The translations under genes were made by a program, and so were the position numbers. Below, in pieces: positions 17,247 through 25,694 of a stretch of DNA of 64,000 bases (its first letter is position 1; the number at the start of each line of letters is the position of its first letter). The notes beneath the pieces are model-generated. The model was not told where the DNA came from. It did no database searches and was given only the letters and a program-made list of their open reading frames with translations. Source of the DNA: a virus (Duplodnaviria > Caudoviricetes). The stretch covers positions 192,001-256,000 of IMG/VR virus record IMGVR_UViG_3300042010_000129, one strand, 5' to 3'.

Positions 17247-17260
17247 AGGGTTTATCTGAA

Positions 17261-17683
17261 TCAAGAAAGCGGGTGCGGCTTCCGCATGTGCGGTGGTGGC
17301 ACAGGATCAATATGCGCCGCTACGTCACGATCTAAAACCGTCGCCAGAAGTTCAGCGGCAGAATTTGCAGCGTGACGATAAACGCCGTCGCCTTTTTCCC
17401 ACGTCGCGAAATACGTCGAGCCTTCTAGGCACTCGGCCAGCACTTCGCCCTGTTCTTCGGTTTCGATATAAACCGCCAGCAGTGCGCCGGGGCTGCTGCT
17501 GAAACTCACGTACAGCTTTTCAATCGCGTCATATAGGCGCTGGGGGTCTAACTGCTGTTCGCGGTCTTCGTCTTCGAAGAGTTCAACCACGTCGTCATTG
17601 TGCAGGCCCCACAAATGTTCTAGGCGGTGCAGAATTACGGCGCGCTGCTGTTTGGTCAGAATGATTTTCTGCGGAAACGGCAT
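17261..17683 (-). CDS. hypothetical protein
   Basis: 140 aa from MPFPQK. Confidence 0.7.
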   Translation of the reverse strand: MPFPQKIILTKQQRAVILHRLEHLWGLHNDDVVELFEDEDREQQLDPQRLYDAIEKLYVSFSSSPGALLAVYIETEEQGEVLAECLEGSTYFATWEKGDGVYRHAANSAAELLATVLDRDVAAHIDPVPPPHMRKPHPLS

Positions 17684-17684
17684 T

Positions 17685-17966
17685 TCACTTACTCCCATCG
17701 AGTGGTGGTATCGGGGGCACGTTCCAGTCAAGAATCAAAGGCGCCCACAAAATGACAAGGTACAGCCACACGCAAAAGCCAACGAAAAACTTCCAGCGCC
17801 ACGGCATACGTTTCATGCCGTTATAAAGGTTGGCGCTCTTTTTATCCGTCGCGTGAGTCTGGCACACGTAGTAGGTCATGAGGGCGGCAAACACGAAACC
17901 CAAAATTAAATACAGGGCAACGGCAACCGCCAGCACATAACCTAAAGCCAAAAACATTTCGTTCAC
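17685..17966 (-). CDS. two-TM membrane protein
   Basis: 93 aa, two hydrophobic helices. Confidence 0.7.
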   Translation of the reverse strand: MNEMFLALGYVLAVAVALYLILGFVFAALMTYYVCQTHATDKKSANLYNGMKRMPWRWKFFVGFCVWLYLVILWAPLILDWNVPPIPPLDGSK

Positions 17967-18313
17967 TCGGCCTCCTTTGGCAGTCCGGCGAAAATACCGG
18001 GGCCAGTTGTATGTGGTTCCAAACGCAGACCATGCTGACGTGCATAATCCAGTTCACGCGGCGAATATGTGCGCTCTTCGTAATCCTGCCCAAAGGCAAC
18101 CGATTTGCGAACGGTGATTCCGCCGTCGCTGTTCACACGAAACGCCTGTTTACCGAAAACGGGAAAACCGATCAGGGCGCGTTGAGTTTTTGCGTCGAGG
18201 CGGATTTCTTTGTTTTCCAAATCCTGCACGGCGATGGTTTCGAAGAACGAAAGAACGCCTGCGTGATTAGGAACGGCCCAGCTTTCGATTTCGGTGAATT
18301 GCATCCGGCTCAT
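17963..18313 (-). CDS. hypothetical protein, first gene behind P4
   Basis: 116 aa from MSRMQF. Confidence 0.75.
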   Translation of the reverse strand: MSRMQFTEIESWAVPNHAGVLSFFETIAVQDLENKEIRLDAKTQRALIGFPVFGKQAFRVNSDGGITVRKSVAFGQDYEERTYSPRELDYARQHGLRLEPHTTGPGIFAGLPKEAE

Positions 18314-18402
18314 TGTCAAACTTCCTTAATTGCGTGAGTGTCTAAATCGCAGGCACAGTTTGCCCGCCACCAAAGAATCTCAAAACCGGGTTCCGGTGTC
18401 AA
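18314..18402 (-). promoter_or_regulatory. sigma70 promoter-stem-loop-leader cassette P4
   Basis: TTGACA-17-GATTCT (TGn extension), GGGCA/TGCCT hairpin, ACACTCACGCAATTAAGGAAGTTTGA. Confidence 0.8.
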
Positions 18403-18590
18403 CTGGTTTCGTTTTCGGTTTCCGGTTTTGGTTTTGGGTTCAGCTTTTGTTCTAGCTCGCGTTGGGCGCGCTCATAAGGGTTTTCCCCGTGGTACTGGCG
18501 CCAAAGCTCTACGCACACGCCTACAACCAGAATCGCACCACAGGCGTATTGCACAAGCTCTAGGATCATTCCCCAAAAGTCGAGGGTCAT
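18399..18590 (-). CDS. small membrane protein
   Basis: 63 aa, one TM helix. Confidence 0.65.
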   Translation of the reverse strand: MTLDFWGMILELVQYACGAILVVGVCVELWRQYHGENPYERAQRELEQKLNPKPKPETENETS

Positions 18591-18608
18591 GGTTTGCGTC
18601 TCCTATAG

Positions 18609-18640
18609 AAAGCAGAAAGCCGGGAACTGCCCCCGGCTTC
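18609..18640 (-). terminator. putative intrinsic terminator
   Basis: GAAGCCGGG...CCCGGCTTTC then TGCTTT. Confidence 0.55.
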
Positions 18641-18655
18641 GTTTTTGGTTCGCGG

Positions 18656-19093
18656 TTACTGCGCCGGGAAATCAACCAGCGGTTTTACTTTGCGCACACC
18701 GATTTTGCAAAGCTGGCGAATCTTGGAACTGTTATCGACGGTAGGCGACGGTTCGAAATCGTTGGTGACAGTGAACAGCCATTTGTCAGCAGTACACACC
18801 GTTTGAAAAAGCGGATCGGTTTCCAGCAGCCCGACAAAAAGATCGTCGTTCGCATCCATGATCGTTTTTCCGAAACCACGGCGACCGGTCAAAGGCGACA
18901 CGATATAAAAACGATCCAGCAATTCCACGATCAGCGAGCCGTCACCTTCCACAGTTGTGAACAGGTGATTTAATTCTGCATCGCCCCACGAAGTTTGGCC
19001 GGGTTCTTCGCCGTCCGGTTGCGGGATCTTGCAAACCATTTCGTGAACGGTGCGCCCGGCTGGAATTACGAAGTGCGTTAATTTGCGTCCCAT
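18656..19093 (-). CDS. hypothetical protein
   Basis: 145-aa ORF. Confidence 0.75.
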   Translation of the reverse strand: MGRKLTHFVIPAGRTVHEMVCKIPQPDGEEPGQTSWGDAELNHLFTTVEGDGSLIVELLDRFYIVSPLTGRRGFGKTIMDANDDLFVGLLETDPLFQTVCTADKWLFTVTNDFEPSPTVDNSSKIRQLCKIGVRKVKPLVDFPAQ

Positions 19094-19096
19094 TAT

Positions 19097-19321
19097 TTAT
19101 TCCTCGGGGTTTTTTGGTTCGTTGGGTTTATCCAGCGCTTTCAAAACAGCGACCGTCAGAAAGGCCGCTGCTAATTGTGCGTCGAATGCTTTACGGCGAC
19201 TGTCGTAGTAGCGCTTGACCGACAGGGCCTTGGAAATTTCGCACCACGCGAAAATAACCATGCCCAGCAGAATTGCGCCCATGATAATTCGCAGCCACCA
19301 GATCGGTTCTATTTCGTTCAC
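19097..19321 (-). CDS. small membrane protein
   Basis: 74 aa, TM helix. Confidence 0.65.
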   Translation of the reverse strand: MNEIEPIWWLRIIMGAILLGMVIFAWCEISKALSVKRYYDSRRKAFDAQLAAAFLTVAVLKALDKPNEPKNPEE

Positions 19322-19872
19322 GCTGCTTTTTCCTGACTGGCGATGAATTCTGAGTGCGTGATAGTGAAGCGCAGGTACTCACACGGCACGGCGGTATCGT
19401 CACCGAAATGGCCTGCGGTCTTCAACATGCAGTCTTCCTTCAGAATGGCGAAGAATGCGATGGCGCCCACCACATCATAATTGCGCAGCGCCACACGTTC
19501 GAAAAACAAATCGACATAAGGAGTGCCGTTGCCACCTTTTGCAAAAACGTAATTCGGTTCCTGTGTGCTGGTGTTGTAAGTCTCACACCACGAATAATTC
19601 GTGACGTAGGCAATGCGCAGGCGGTAGCCGCGTGGGATCGAATGTGAGCGCCCGTTGCAGTCGATATATTTTTCGACCGCCATCGGAATCGGTGCATCCC
19701 ATTCGTCTTCTGGCGAAAGATAACGGCGCTCGCTTTTCACCGGCTCGGTGATTTGATGCAGCAGGTCGATATTCAGTTGGTCGATTACGGCCTGCACATC
19801 GTGGTCGGCGTCGTTCACGTCGATAATTGCTTGGGCCAACAATTTGGTAATCGCTTTCTTTGCAGGGGTCAT
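19318..19872 (-). CDS. hypothetical protein
   Basis: 184-aa ORF. Confidence 0.75.
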   Translation of the reverse strand: MTPAKKAITKLLAQAIIDVNDADHDVQAVIDQLNIDLLHQITEPVKSERRYLSPEDEWDAPIPMAVEKYIDCNGRSHSIPRGYRLRIAYVTNYSWCETYNTSTQEPNYVFAKGGNGTPYVDLFFERVALRNYDVVGAIAFFAILKEDCMLKTAGHFGDDTAVPCEYLRFTITHSEFIASQEKAA

Positions 19873-20369
19873 GGTTTCGTTCCTTCTATGACTTTAAAAT
19901 TGGCACGGTTGCCCAACGCAAAACAATTGCGCAGTTCACCGGGCGGCACGTCGCGCATAATCAGCATGCCGTTACCGGTGCTGGTGATGTGCTGTTCGAG
20001 TTCTGAATATTCCACGTCGTCGAGCATGGCGAGCAATGCCGCTTCAATATCCGGCTGCTGGAATTTCAGACGTTGCTTTGTGTGTTCTTCGTTGTGCTGT
20101 TCTTTCGTGAGGTTGTGCAGCACAACAATTGTCAGGTGTTCGTATTCCAGTTCCTCAGTGCCGCGCATTAATTTCACGGCGTACATATACGGGCGCAGTT
20201 TCAAATGTTCGAACGCCACAGAACTGCGCACGTCCACATTGATTTTGAAAAGGTCAGGGTCGGTCATATGCCCGCTGACTTTTTCAGCTAGTTCTGGATT
20301 CTGCCCAACGAGGGGCCACACGTCCGCTTTCGTGGGAACCGTGGGCGACAGCACGGCAATATAAAACAT
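19869..20369 (-). CDS. hypothetical protein
   Basis: 166 aa, behind cassette B. Confidence 0.75.
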   Translation of the reverse strand: MFYIAVLSPTVPTKADVWPLVGQNPELAEKVSGHMTDPDLFKINVDVRSSVAFEHLKLRPYMYAVKLMRGTEELEYEHLTIVVLHNLTKEQHNEEHTKQRLKFQQPDIEAALLAMLDDVEYSELEQHITSTGNGMLIMRDVPPGELRNCFALGNRANFKVIEGTKP

Positions 20370-20425
20370 GGTTTCAATTCCTTGATAAAGGTCACTACCG
20401 ACAAACCCCGCACAGGGCGGGGTAG
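20370..20425 (-). repeat. CCCGC-hairpin cassette (copy B)
   Basis: TACCCCGCCCTGTGCGGGGTTTGTCGGTAGTGACCTTTATCAAGGAATT. Confidence 0.8.
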
Positions 20426-20437
20426 TGGTGCAGCTAT

Positions 20438-20809
20438 TTAGGCGCGGCGAACTTTGCCCTTACGCGGATATTTGTTTTTCGTTTTCTTCGCCCGCGTGAA
20501 AAGCAGCGCCATGTTTTCCGGCTGCGACTTTATATAGCTGTCGTGCCACAGGGCATTGCGCAGCGTGCGCAGATCGCACGGGCCTATATCATCCTTGCCC
20601 GGTGTAACGAGCATGCAGCCATTACCTTCGTGTGGAATCACGATGGTGGCGCGGGTGAAAATGAACTGGCAAATATCAATCGCCAGATGATCCGCTTCCT
20701 GCCGGGTTTTCAATTCGAACACAGTGTCGAGCGGCCCCGGCACAATGTGCGGGTTAGGTGCGAACAGCGCTTGAATTTGGGGCAGTTGCGAAAGCATGGA
20801 ATTTTGCAT
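20438..20809 (-). CDS. hypothetical protein
   Basis: 123 aa, basic C-terminus. Confidence 0.7.
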   Translation of the reverse strand: MQNSMLSQLPQIQALFAPNPHIVPGPLDTVFELKTRQEADHLAIDICQFIFTRATIVIPHEGNGCMLVTPGKDDIGPCDLRTLRNALWHDSYIKSQPENMALLFTRAKKTKNKYPRKGKVRRA

Positions 20810-20824
20810 GGTCAGATCCTCAGA

Positions 20825-21028
20825 TTAAAGTTTAATTCGTTTCACTTTCACGGTCGGGCACTTCGTACAGTGCATCGTGAAGCTGCGGTGATGGATTACA
20901 CCCGCGTGCGCCATATCAACATCAATAATGCGACCATACTGATCAGAACGCCATGCCACATTTTTGATATGCACCACTTTATAATTGTGGTCGCACAGAC
21001 CAAGAAGCCAACGCAGAATTTTAATCAC
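20825..21028 (-). CDS. small Zn-binding protein (CxH ... CxxC)
   Basis: LLGLCDHNY ... HCTKC. Confidence 0.65.
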   Translation of the reverse strand: MIKILRWLLGLCDHNYKVVHIKNVAWRSDQYGRIIDVDMAHAGVIHHRSFTMHCTKCPTVKVKRIKL

Positions 21029-21531
21029 TTGGCTTTCTCCACGACAGCAACGCGTTTGTGTTCACGGCGGGCGTTACCGGTTACGCAGCGTTTGTCTTTA
21101 GCGCCTGCCATCCAAACAAATGCAGGCGTGATACGAACCACGTAATGGCAATAAAGCGTCGATCCGCTGCAATCCCCGTAGGCCACCAAATCACCGAGGC
21201 CGATTTCCACGCCGCGCACGTCACACGGTGCTTTCTCTTTTGCAACGCCTTTCTTTTTTGCCAACGCCTCTTTTCTCGGCATGGACTTATCGTGGCGTGC
21301 AGGTTTCGAGGTCTGCTCTTCCTGCGCAACTTCCCGCGTGTCTTTCAACCTGCAAATCGCCGCCAGTTCTTCAACGGTCGAAATCGACATGTCAGCCACG
21401 GAAAGGAAATCCATGAATTCCGGCGCGTTTCCAGAAATGTCGAACAACGCGTGCCCGCTGCCGTAGCAACGAATTTTCATGTTGTTGGGTTTCAGGCGGC
21501 GGTTCACTTTGGCGATGTTGTTCGGGGTCAT
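21025..21531 (-). CDS. hypothetical protein
   Basis: 168 aa, behind cassette C. Confidence 0.75.
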   Translation of the reverse strand: MTPNNIAKVNRRLKPNNMKIRCYGSGHALFDISGNAPEFMDFLSVADMSISTVEELAAICRLKDTREVAQEEQTSKPARHDKSMPRKEALAKKKGVAKEKAPCDVRGVEIGLGDLVAYGDCSGSTLYCHYVVRITPAFVWMAGAKDKRCVTGNARREHKRVAVVEKAK

Positions 21532-21596
21532 GGTTTTGTTCCTTGATAAAGGTCGATTTGGTTTACTACTGACAAAGCCCGCACATGGCGGGCTAA
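21532..21596 (-). repeat. CCCGC-hairpin cassette (copy C)
   Basis: AGCCCGCCATGTGCGGGCTTTGTCAGTAGTAAACCAAATCGACCTTTATCAAGGAA. Confidence 0.8.
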
Positions 21597-21607
21597 GTGT
21601 TCAGGTT

Positions 21608-21883
21608 TTAATTAATTCGCACTGCGGGCTTCTGCCCCATCTTGCAAACCAGCGAACCGTTTTCGTTGATGCGCGATTCTGGCGTACACATCCAGATTTG
21701 CACATTCTTGGAACGGGTAGGGCCACCACGCTGTTTATCCGACTCGGCAATTGCTTCGTCGAGATTCGCGCCCTTGCCCCAGTAACCGGAATCGCACGCG
21801 AAAATGAAATGCGTCAGCGACTGGTCAACGGTGGCCGGATCAACGCGCAATTCGAATTTACCCATTTTCAATTTGTTCGCCAT
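21608..21883 (-). CDS. hypothetical protein (paralog of 16900..17178)
   Basis: 91 aa, shared motif. Confidence 0.75.
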   Translation of the reverse strand: MANKLKMGKFELRVDPATVDQSLTHFIFACDSGYWGKGANLDEAIAESDKQRGGPTRSKNVQIWMCTPESRINENGSLVCKMGQKPAVRIN

Positions 21884-21885
21884 TT

Positions 21886-22146
21886 TTAATTTCCTTGTCC
21901 GTGGTCACGATTCAGAACCGCTTCGATACGAATTCTGAGTGGGTCTTGCATTGGTTTCGAACGGGTGTAGCACTGCGCAATTGTTTCGCGCAGCAATTCC
22001 CGCAACTCTTCAACTTCGGTCAACGCTTTGGCCGGGGCGCCGCGTGGATCTAATCGACCGCACGCCAAGCATTCACCGTAGTACGGATCGGCTTCAGTTA
22101 CATCGCTGCACGCCGGGCAATATTCGTCATCGTGTTGGTCGCACAT
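21886..22146 (-). CDS. zinc-finger-containing protein
   Basis: CPAC ... CLAC. Confidence 0.65.
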   Translation of the reverse strand: MCDQHDDEYCPACSDVTEADPYYGECLACGRLDPRGAPAKALTEVEELRELLRETIAQCYTRSKPMQDPLRIRIEAVLNRDHGQGN

Positions 22147-22149
22147 TGT

Positions 22150-22635
22150 TCAGCCCTCAAAACCGTTTGCTTTGTCTTCCGCGAAAAACGCATGGGGGAA
22201 TTTGCTGCGATCAAAATTCCCACCTTCCGGATGCGTGGCGAGATAAAATTGTGCGCGGCGTTCTGCTTCCATGCCCCGGCGAATAGTTTCTTCCAGATCC
22301 CACAATTCTTGCATTTCGTGTTTGTGGATATATTCACCGCTTGGCTTGCGGCTCAACTCTTCGCGGCGGGCCTGCAATTTGCGGATCATTTCGAAACCCG
22401 GCTGTTCTGGCTTGGGTTCCATTTTCGCAACCAGTTCACGACCTTCAGCAACCCACTGATCGAAACCCAAATGGTTCAAGGCGCAAACCACGACGCTGTG
22501 CGTTTCGTACAGGCCTTTCGGTTGGTTGTCGTAGGAGAAATAATAGTAGCCTTCACCTTTGTGCAAATTCAGGTGGTCGCAGCCGATGGCTTTCATAATG
22601 GCGGCAGTGGTAATGCGTTTGGTGGTCGTGGTCAT
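22150..22635 (-). CDS. hypothetical protein
   Basis: 161 aa, behind cassette D. Confidence 0.75.
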   Translation of the reverse strand: MTTTTKRITTAAIMKAIGCDHLNLHKGEGYYYFSYDNQPKGLYETHSVVVCALNHLGFDQWVAEGRELVAKMEPKPEQPGFEMIRKLQARREELSRKPSGEYIHKHEMQELWDLEETIRRGMEAERRAQFYLATHPEGGNFDRSKFPHAFFAEDKANGFEG

Positions 22636-22700
22636 TTTTGCATTCCTTGATAAAGGGCGATTTGTTTTACTACCGACAAACCCCGCACAGGGCGGGGGCT
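22636..22700 (-). repeat. CCCGC-hairpin cassette (copy D)
   Basis: AGCCCCCGCCCTGTGCGGGGTTTGTCGGTAGTAAAACAAATCGCCCTTTATCAAGGAA. Confidence 0.8.
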
Positions 22701-22707
22701 ATTTGTA

Positions 22708-23034
22708 TCAGTCGTTCGACCAATTTACATCGGTTTCAACACCGTGGCGGTTGATGATTTTCAACGCACGGGGTTTCCTGTTTTCCTCTTCAACCGCTTT
22801 GTATGCGTCGGAGGCCTGCACAGAAGTTTTCCCGGCGATGTAATCTTTCAGGAAAATCATTTCCAGTTCACCGCCACGATAAACCTCACGGCCCAGCAGC
22901 GATTCGGTTTCGGTCAGCCACTGTTCATAAGCGGCACGTTCGTCGTGAGTCACAGGATGGCCGAACATTTCAGCCAACCACTTTTCAAATGCGGCGCGTT
23001 GCTTCACAGGTATTTTGCTATTGAAGTCTGTCAT
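22708..23034 (-). CDS. hypothetical protein
   Basis: 108 aa, AGGAG SD. Confidence 0.75.
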   Translation of the reverse strand: MTDFNSKIPVKQRAAFEKWLAEMFGHPVTHDERAAYEQWLTETESLLGREVYRGGELEMIFLKDYIAGKTSVQASDAYKAVEEENRKPRALKIINRHGVETDVNWSND

Positions 23035-23061
23035 TCGAATTTCTCCTAAGCACGAAATGTG

Positions 23062-23097
23062 CTACTACCTACAAACCCCGCACAGGGCGGGGTAGTT
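23062..23097 (-). repeat. CCCGC-hairpin cassette (copy E, partial)
   Basis: CTACCCCGCCCTGTGCGGGGTTTGTAGGTAGTAG. Confidence 0.75.
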
Positions 23098-23099
23098 GG

Positions 23100-23387
23100 T
23101 TAATGCATTGTCAGGACTTCTACAATCTCACCGCCGAAAACGCCAGTGCTGCGTATTCGTTCGCTGTCGTGATTCCATCGTGGCTGGTGCTTTTCCATCG
23201 GCGCATAAACCGTGTCAGCATCCATATCAACGCACATCGTGTCAGGTGCATTTACCCAACGCAGAACTTCGGTGACGGTGCCTGTACCGGTCGAACCGTG
23301 ACGGCTTTTAATTCGTACACGCGTGCCTTTCTGAATCTTGCGGCCTTCGTGGGTAATGAAATACGGGATTGCGTTTTTGTGTCCCAT
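23100..23387 (-). CDS. hypothetical protein (possible SH3/KOW-like barrel)
   Basis: 95 aa, GTRVRIKS..G.TGTGTVTEV. Confidence 0.65.
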   Translation of the reverse strand: MGHKNAIPYFITHEGRKIQKGTRVRIKSRHGSTGTGTVTEVLRWVNAPDTMCVDMDADTVYAPMEKHQPRWNHDSERIRSTGVFGGEIVEVLTMH

Positions 23388-23397
23388 GCTACTGACC

Positions 23398-23775
23398 TCA
23401 GAAATTAACCATGCGGTTGGAACCGGTGCGGCCCATCTTCAAAATAGCGCCGTCTTTATAGTAGACAGCGATATTCGTTTCCAGACCTTCGCGGCTGTAG
23501 CAATAGAAGTCGATCACGGCGCGACCGTCTTCGGTCAATGGAACGCCAGCACGGAAACCAGCCCACGAAATAAAATCGTTCAGGTCTGTGTCCTGCCAGT
23601 CTTCCGTTTTTGCAACCAGCGCAATGTTCAACGACTGTTCAATTGTGCCGTCTTGCAGATTGATACGCGTGCCGCCTTCCATTCGAGTAAGGCCCCGGAC
23701 TTCGCGTTTGGTGAAGTCGCGAATCCGTTTGCATTCGTCGGCGGTCGGTTTCCATACGTTGTGTTTAGCGGCCAT
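23398..23775 (-). CDS. hypothetical protein, first gene behind P5
   Basis: 125 aa from MAAKHN. Confidence 0.75.
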   Translation of the reverse strand: MAAKHNVWKPTADECKRIRDFTKREVRGLTRMEGGTRINLQDGTIEQSLNIALVAKTEDWQDTDLNDFISWAGFRAGVPLTEDGRAVIDFYCYSREGLETNIAVYYKDGAILKMGRTGSNRMVNF

Positions 23776-23867
23776 TTCAAACTTCCCTAATTGCGTGAGT
23801 GTTAGATTAGCGGACACAGAAAGTCCGTTGAGGCCCCAAAGGTATCAAAGCACCTATAGAACGTCAA
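23776..23867 (-). promoter_or_regulatory. sigma70 promoter-stem-loop-leader cassette P5
   Basis: TTGACG-17-TACCTT, CGGAC/GTCCG hairpin, ACACTCACGCAATTAGGGAAGTTTGA. Confidence 0.85.
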
Positions 23868-23910
23868 ACGGTTTCGGAAACGGCCCGGAAACCAAACCGG
23901 GGGCCAGAAA

Positions 23911-23937
23911 CGACAAAGCCCGCACAGGGCGGGCTAA
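23911..23937 (-). repeat. CCCGC-hairpin cassette (copy F), terminator-like
   Basis: TAGCCCGCCCTGTGCGGGCTTTGTCG. Confidence 0.75.
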
Positions 23938-23984
23938 GTGGTTGCTATATAGAGAACGTGGCGCTACGGGCGCAGGGCGGGCAT

Positions 23985-24494
23985 CTAGGCTGCTTCGTTT
24001 AGCACAAGCTGCATCGCCTGCCGATCCGGGTAGAACGTGGCGACGTGGCGCATGATCGAAAGCGGACGGCCCCACAGTTCCAGATTGCGGCCCCGGTCGA
24101 AATACACGGTGCAAAGTTTTTCACCGGGCAACGGGCCTTTGACAAAACGCAAACCGTCAGCGATTCGCATATGGGCCAATGCCTGTTCTTTTTTCGCCTG
24201 ATAGAAATCCGTCGTCGTGTCGGTATCGGTCAGCGTTTGCAACCCGGCAATAAATCCGTGCGTGCTTGTGTTTCGTTTTGCGGCGTCAACCGCAATGTCA
24301 CTCATTGGCGTGTGGTCGAAATACGCCAGCGCCTTGCTTAGAAATTCGAGCAATTCGTTTTTGTGCGGCACGTACTGCTGATTTTCGAGCAACTGCAATT
24401 GCTCCTTTGTAATGCACACGTATGCGGCAAGGTCAGCTTGACCAATGGCGAGGCGTTTGCGCCAGACTTGAATTTTGCGGCCTGATAGTTTCAT
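23985..24494 (-). CDS. XRE/Cro-family HTH protein with a C-terminal extension
   Basis: IQVWRKRLAIGQADLAAYVCITKEQLQLLENQQYVP fits the HTH_3 pattern. Confidence 0.75.
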   Translation of the reverse strand: MKLSGRKIQVWRKRLAIGQADLAAYVCITKEQLQLLENQQYVPHKNELLEFLSKALAYFDHTPMSDIAVDAAKRNTSTHGFIAGLQTLTDTDTTTDFYQAKKEQALAHMRIADGLRFVKGPLPGEKLCTVYFDRGRNLELWGRPLSIMRHVATFYPDRQAMQLVLNEAA

Positions 24495-24520
24495 GCGTGA
24501 AGTCCATTTTATTCGGGCAT

Positions 24521-24548
24521 AAAAAAGCCCCGCACAGGGCGAGGCTTT
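24521..24548 (-). terminator. intrinsic terminator (CCCGC-hairpin family copy G)
   Basis: AAAAGCCTCGCCCTGTGCGGGGCTTTTTT. Confidence 0.75.
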
Positions 24549-24562
24549 TCCGTTACGGGGTT

Positions 24563-24997
24563 TTACTGCTGGTGATTGGCGAACAGTTCCTGCATAAGCG
24601 CAGCAGCCTTCACCGGATCGGCATCAGCAGGAATTTCCACGCTGACCATTTGTTTCTTTGCTTTGTTGCGAACGGTCGTGTTGTAAAACAGATTGCGGGC
24701 AGTGTCGCTAACCGACTGCGGTTCGCCCGGCGCGGCCAAACGAGTCAGTACCCAAATCTCACATTCGTATTCGCACGCAACCCAGTCGCCATACTTCTTG
24801 TGGAAACCGGAACCCGTCAGTTGATCGCAGATTTGTTCCGCGAACTGAGTACGGGTCAGCTTGGAAAATTTCATCGCGCTGAACATTGCACGAATGTCGA
24901 AGAAAACCGTTGTCTTGCTGGCGACCTTCGCAGCATCCACCATCGAGAGAACTTGGGTTTCAACTTTTGTAATGTCAGCAGGATCGTACTTAGCCAT
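24563..24997 (-). CDS. hypothetical protein
   Basis: 144 aa, AAGGA SD. Confidence 0.75.
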   Translation of the reverse strand: MAKYDPADITKVETQVLSMVDAAKVASKTTVFFDIRAMFSAMKFSKLTRTQFAEQICDQLTGSGFHKKYGDWVACEYECEIWVLTRLAAPGEPQSVSDTARNLFYNTTVRNKAKKQMVSVEIPADADPVKAAALMQELFANHQQ

Positions 24998-25085
24998 CGT
25001 TTTGTTTCCTTTGCCAACCTATATGAATGCACCGGGCGCCATGCCGGTCAGCAGTAGCCAGCGCCTAGTGTTTGTTGCTCTGTAG

Positions 25086-25095
25086 TATTTACAGT
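25086..25095 (-). promoter_or_regulatory. ACTGTAAATA motif
   Basis: Intergenic, about 90 nt upstream of ATG 24997. Confidence 0.6.
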
Positions 25096-25102
25096 TTTTC
25101 GA

Positions 25103-25477
25103 TCACAGCAAAATGCCTGTGCGGATCAGGTGTACAAACCCGCCCGGATCGAAGCTGAAAGATTTCTGATTGATGCGGTATTTATTCAGCAGATTGAAAA
25201 AGCGGTTCTGCTGGTACTGGTCGGTTTCGTCCAGATATTTAACGTCGTCACAAACCGCCGCCTGTAGATAGGCAACGTCTTTGTCTGCGCGTTCGCTGTC
25301 CGGGCTTTTCGTCAGGTGGTTGACGTACACGTCTTCGAGCCGAACGATTGCATGCAGCAGCGGCAACGGCACGTCGGAAAGCGATGGAATGTAGAAGAAC
25401 GCAATTTCTTCCGGAATCTGCTCGTAACAAAGCAGAATGTTGTCGCGTTTGTGTTCGCTCAATGATTGTTCGCTCAT
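25103..25477 (-). CDS. hypothetical protein
   Basis: 124 aa, GGAG SD. Confidence 0.75.
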   Translation of the reverse strand: MSEQSLSEHKRDNILLCYEQIPEEIAFFYIPSLSDVPLPLLHAIVRLEDVYVNHLTKSPDSERADKDVAYLQAAVCDDVKYLDETDQYQQNRFFNLLNKYRINQKSFSFDPGGFVHLIRTGILL

Positions 25478-25490
25478 AGCGTCACTCCAA

Positions 25491-25694
25491 TTATTGTTTC
25501 ACGTAGACGGTAATATCGTCGTCCTGCAAAACATATTCGTCACGGGTTTGGCGGCAAACGTCCAGATCATCATCTGTTGCGATAATCACTTCGTTAACGT
25601 TTCCGTCCGGCATTCTACGAAGCACGGCGGCAGAGAAACCACTGATCATCATTGCGCCCAGTTTCAAACCCATAGAGGCCAGTGAATCGCTCAT
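25491..25694 (-). CDS. hypothetical protein, first gene behind P6
   Basis: 67 aa. Confidence 0.7.
   Translation of the reverse strand: MSDSLASMGLKLGAMMISGFSAAVLRRMPDGNVNEVIIATDDDLDVCRQTRDEYVLQDDDITVYVKQ

Noticed and set aside
7721-24548. Repeated hairpins as a CRISPR array or REP/transposon ends
   Set aside because: Copies are separated by whole genes of variable length, not 30-40-nt spacers; no cas, transposase or integrase genes
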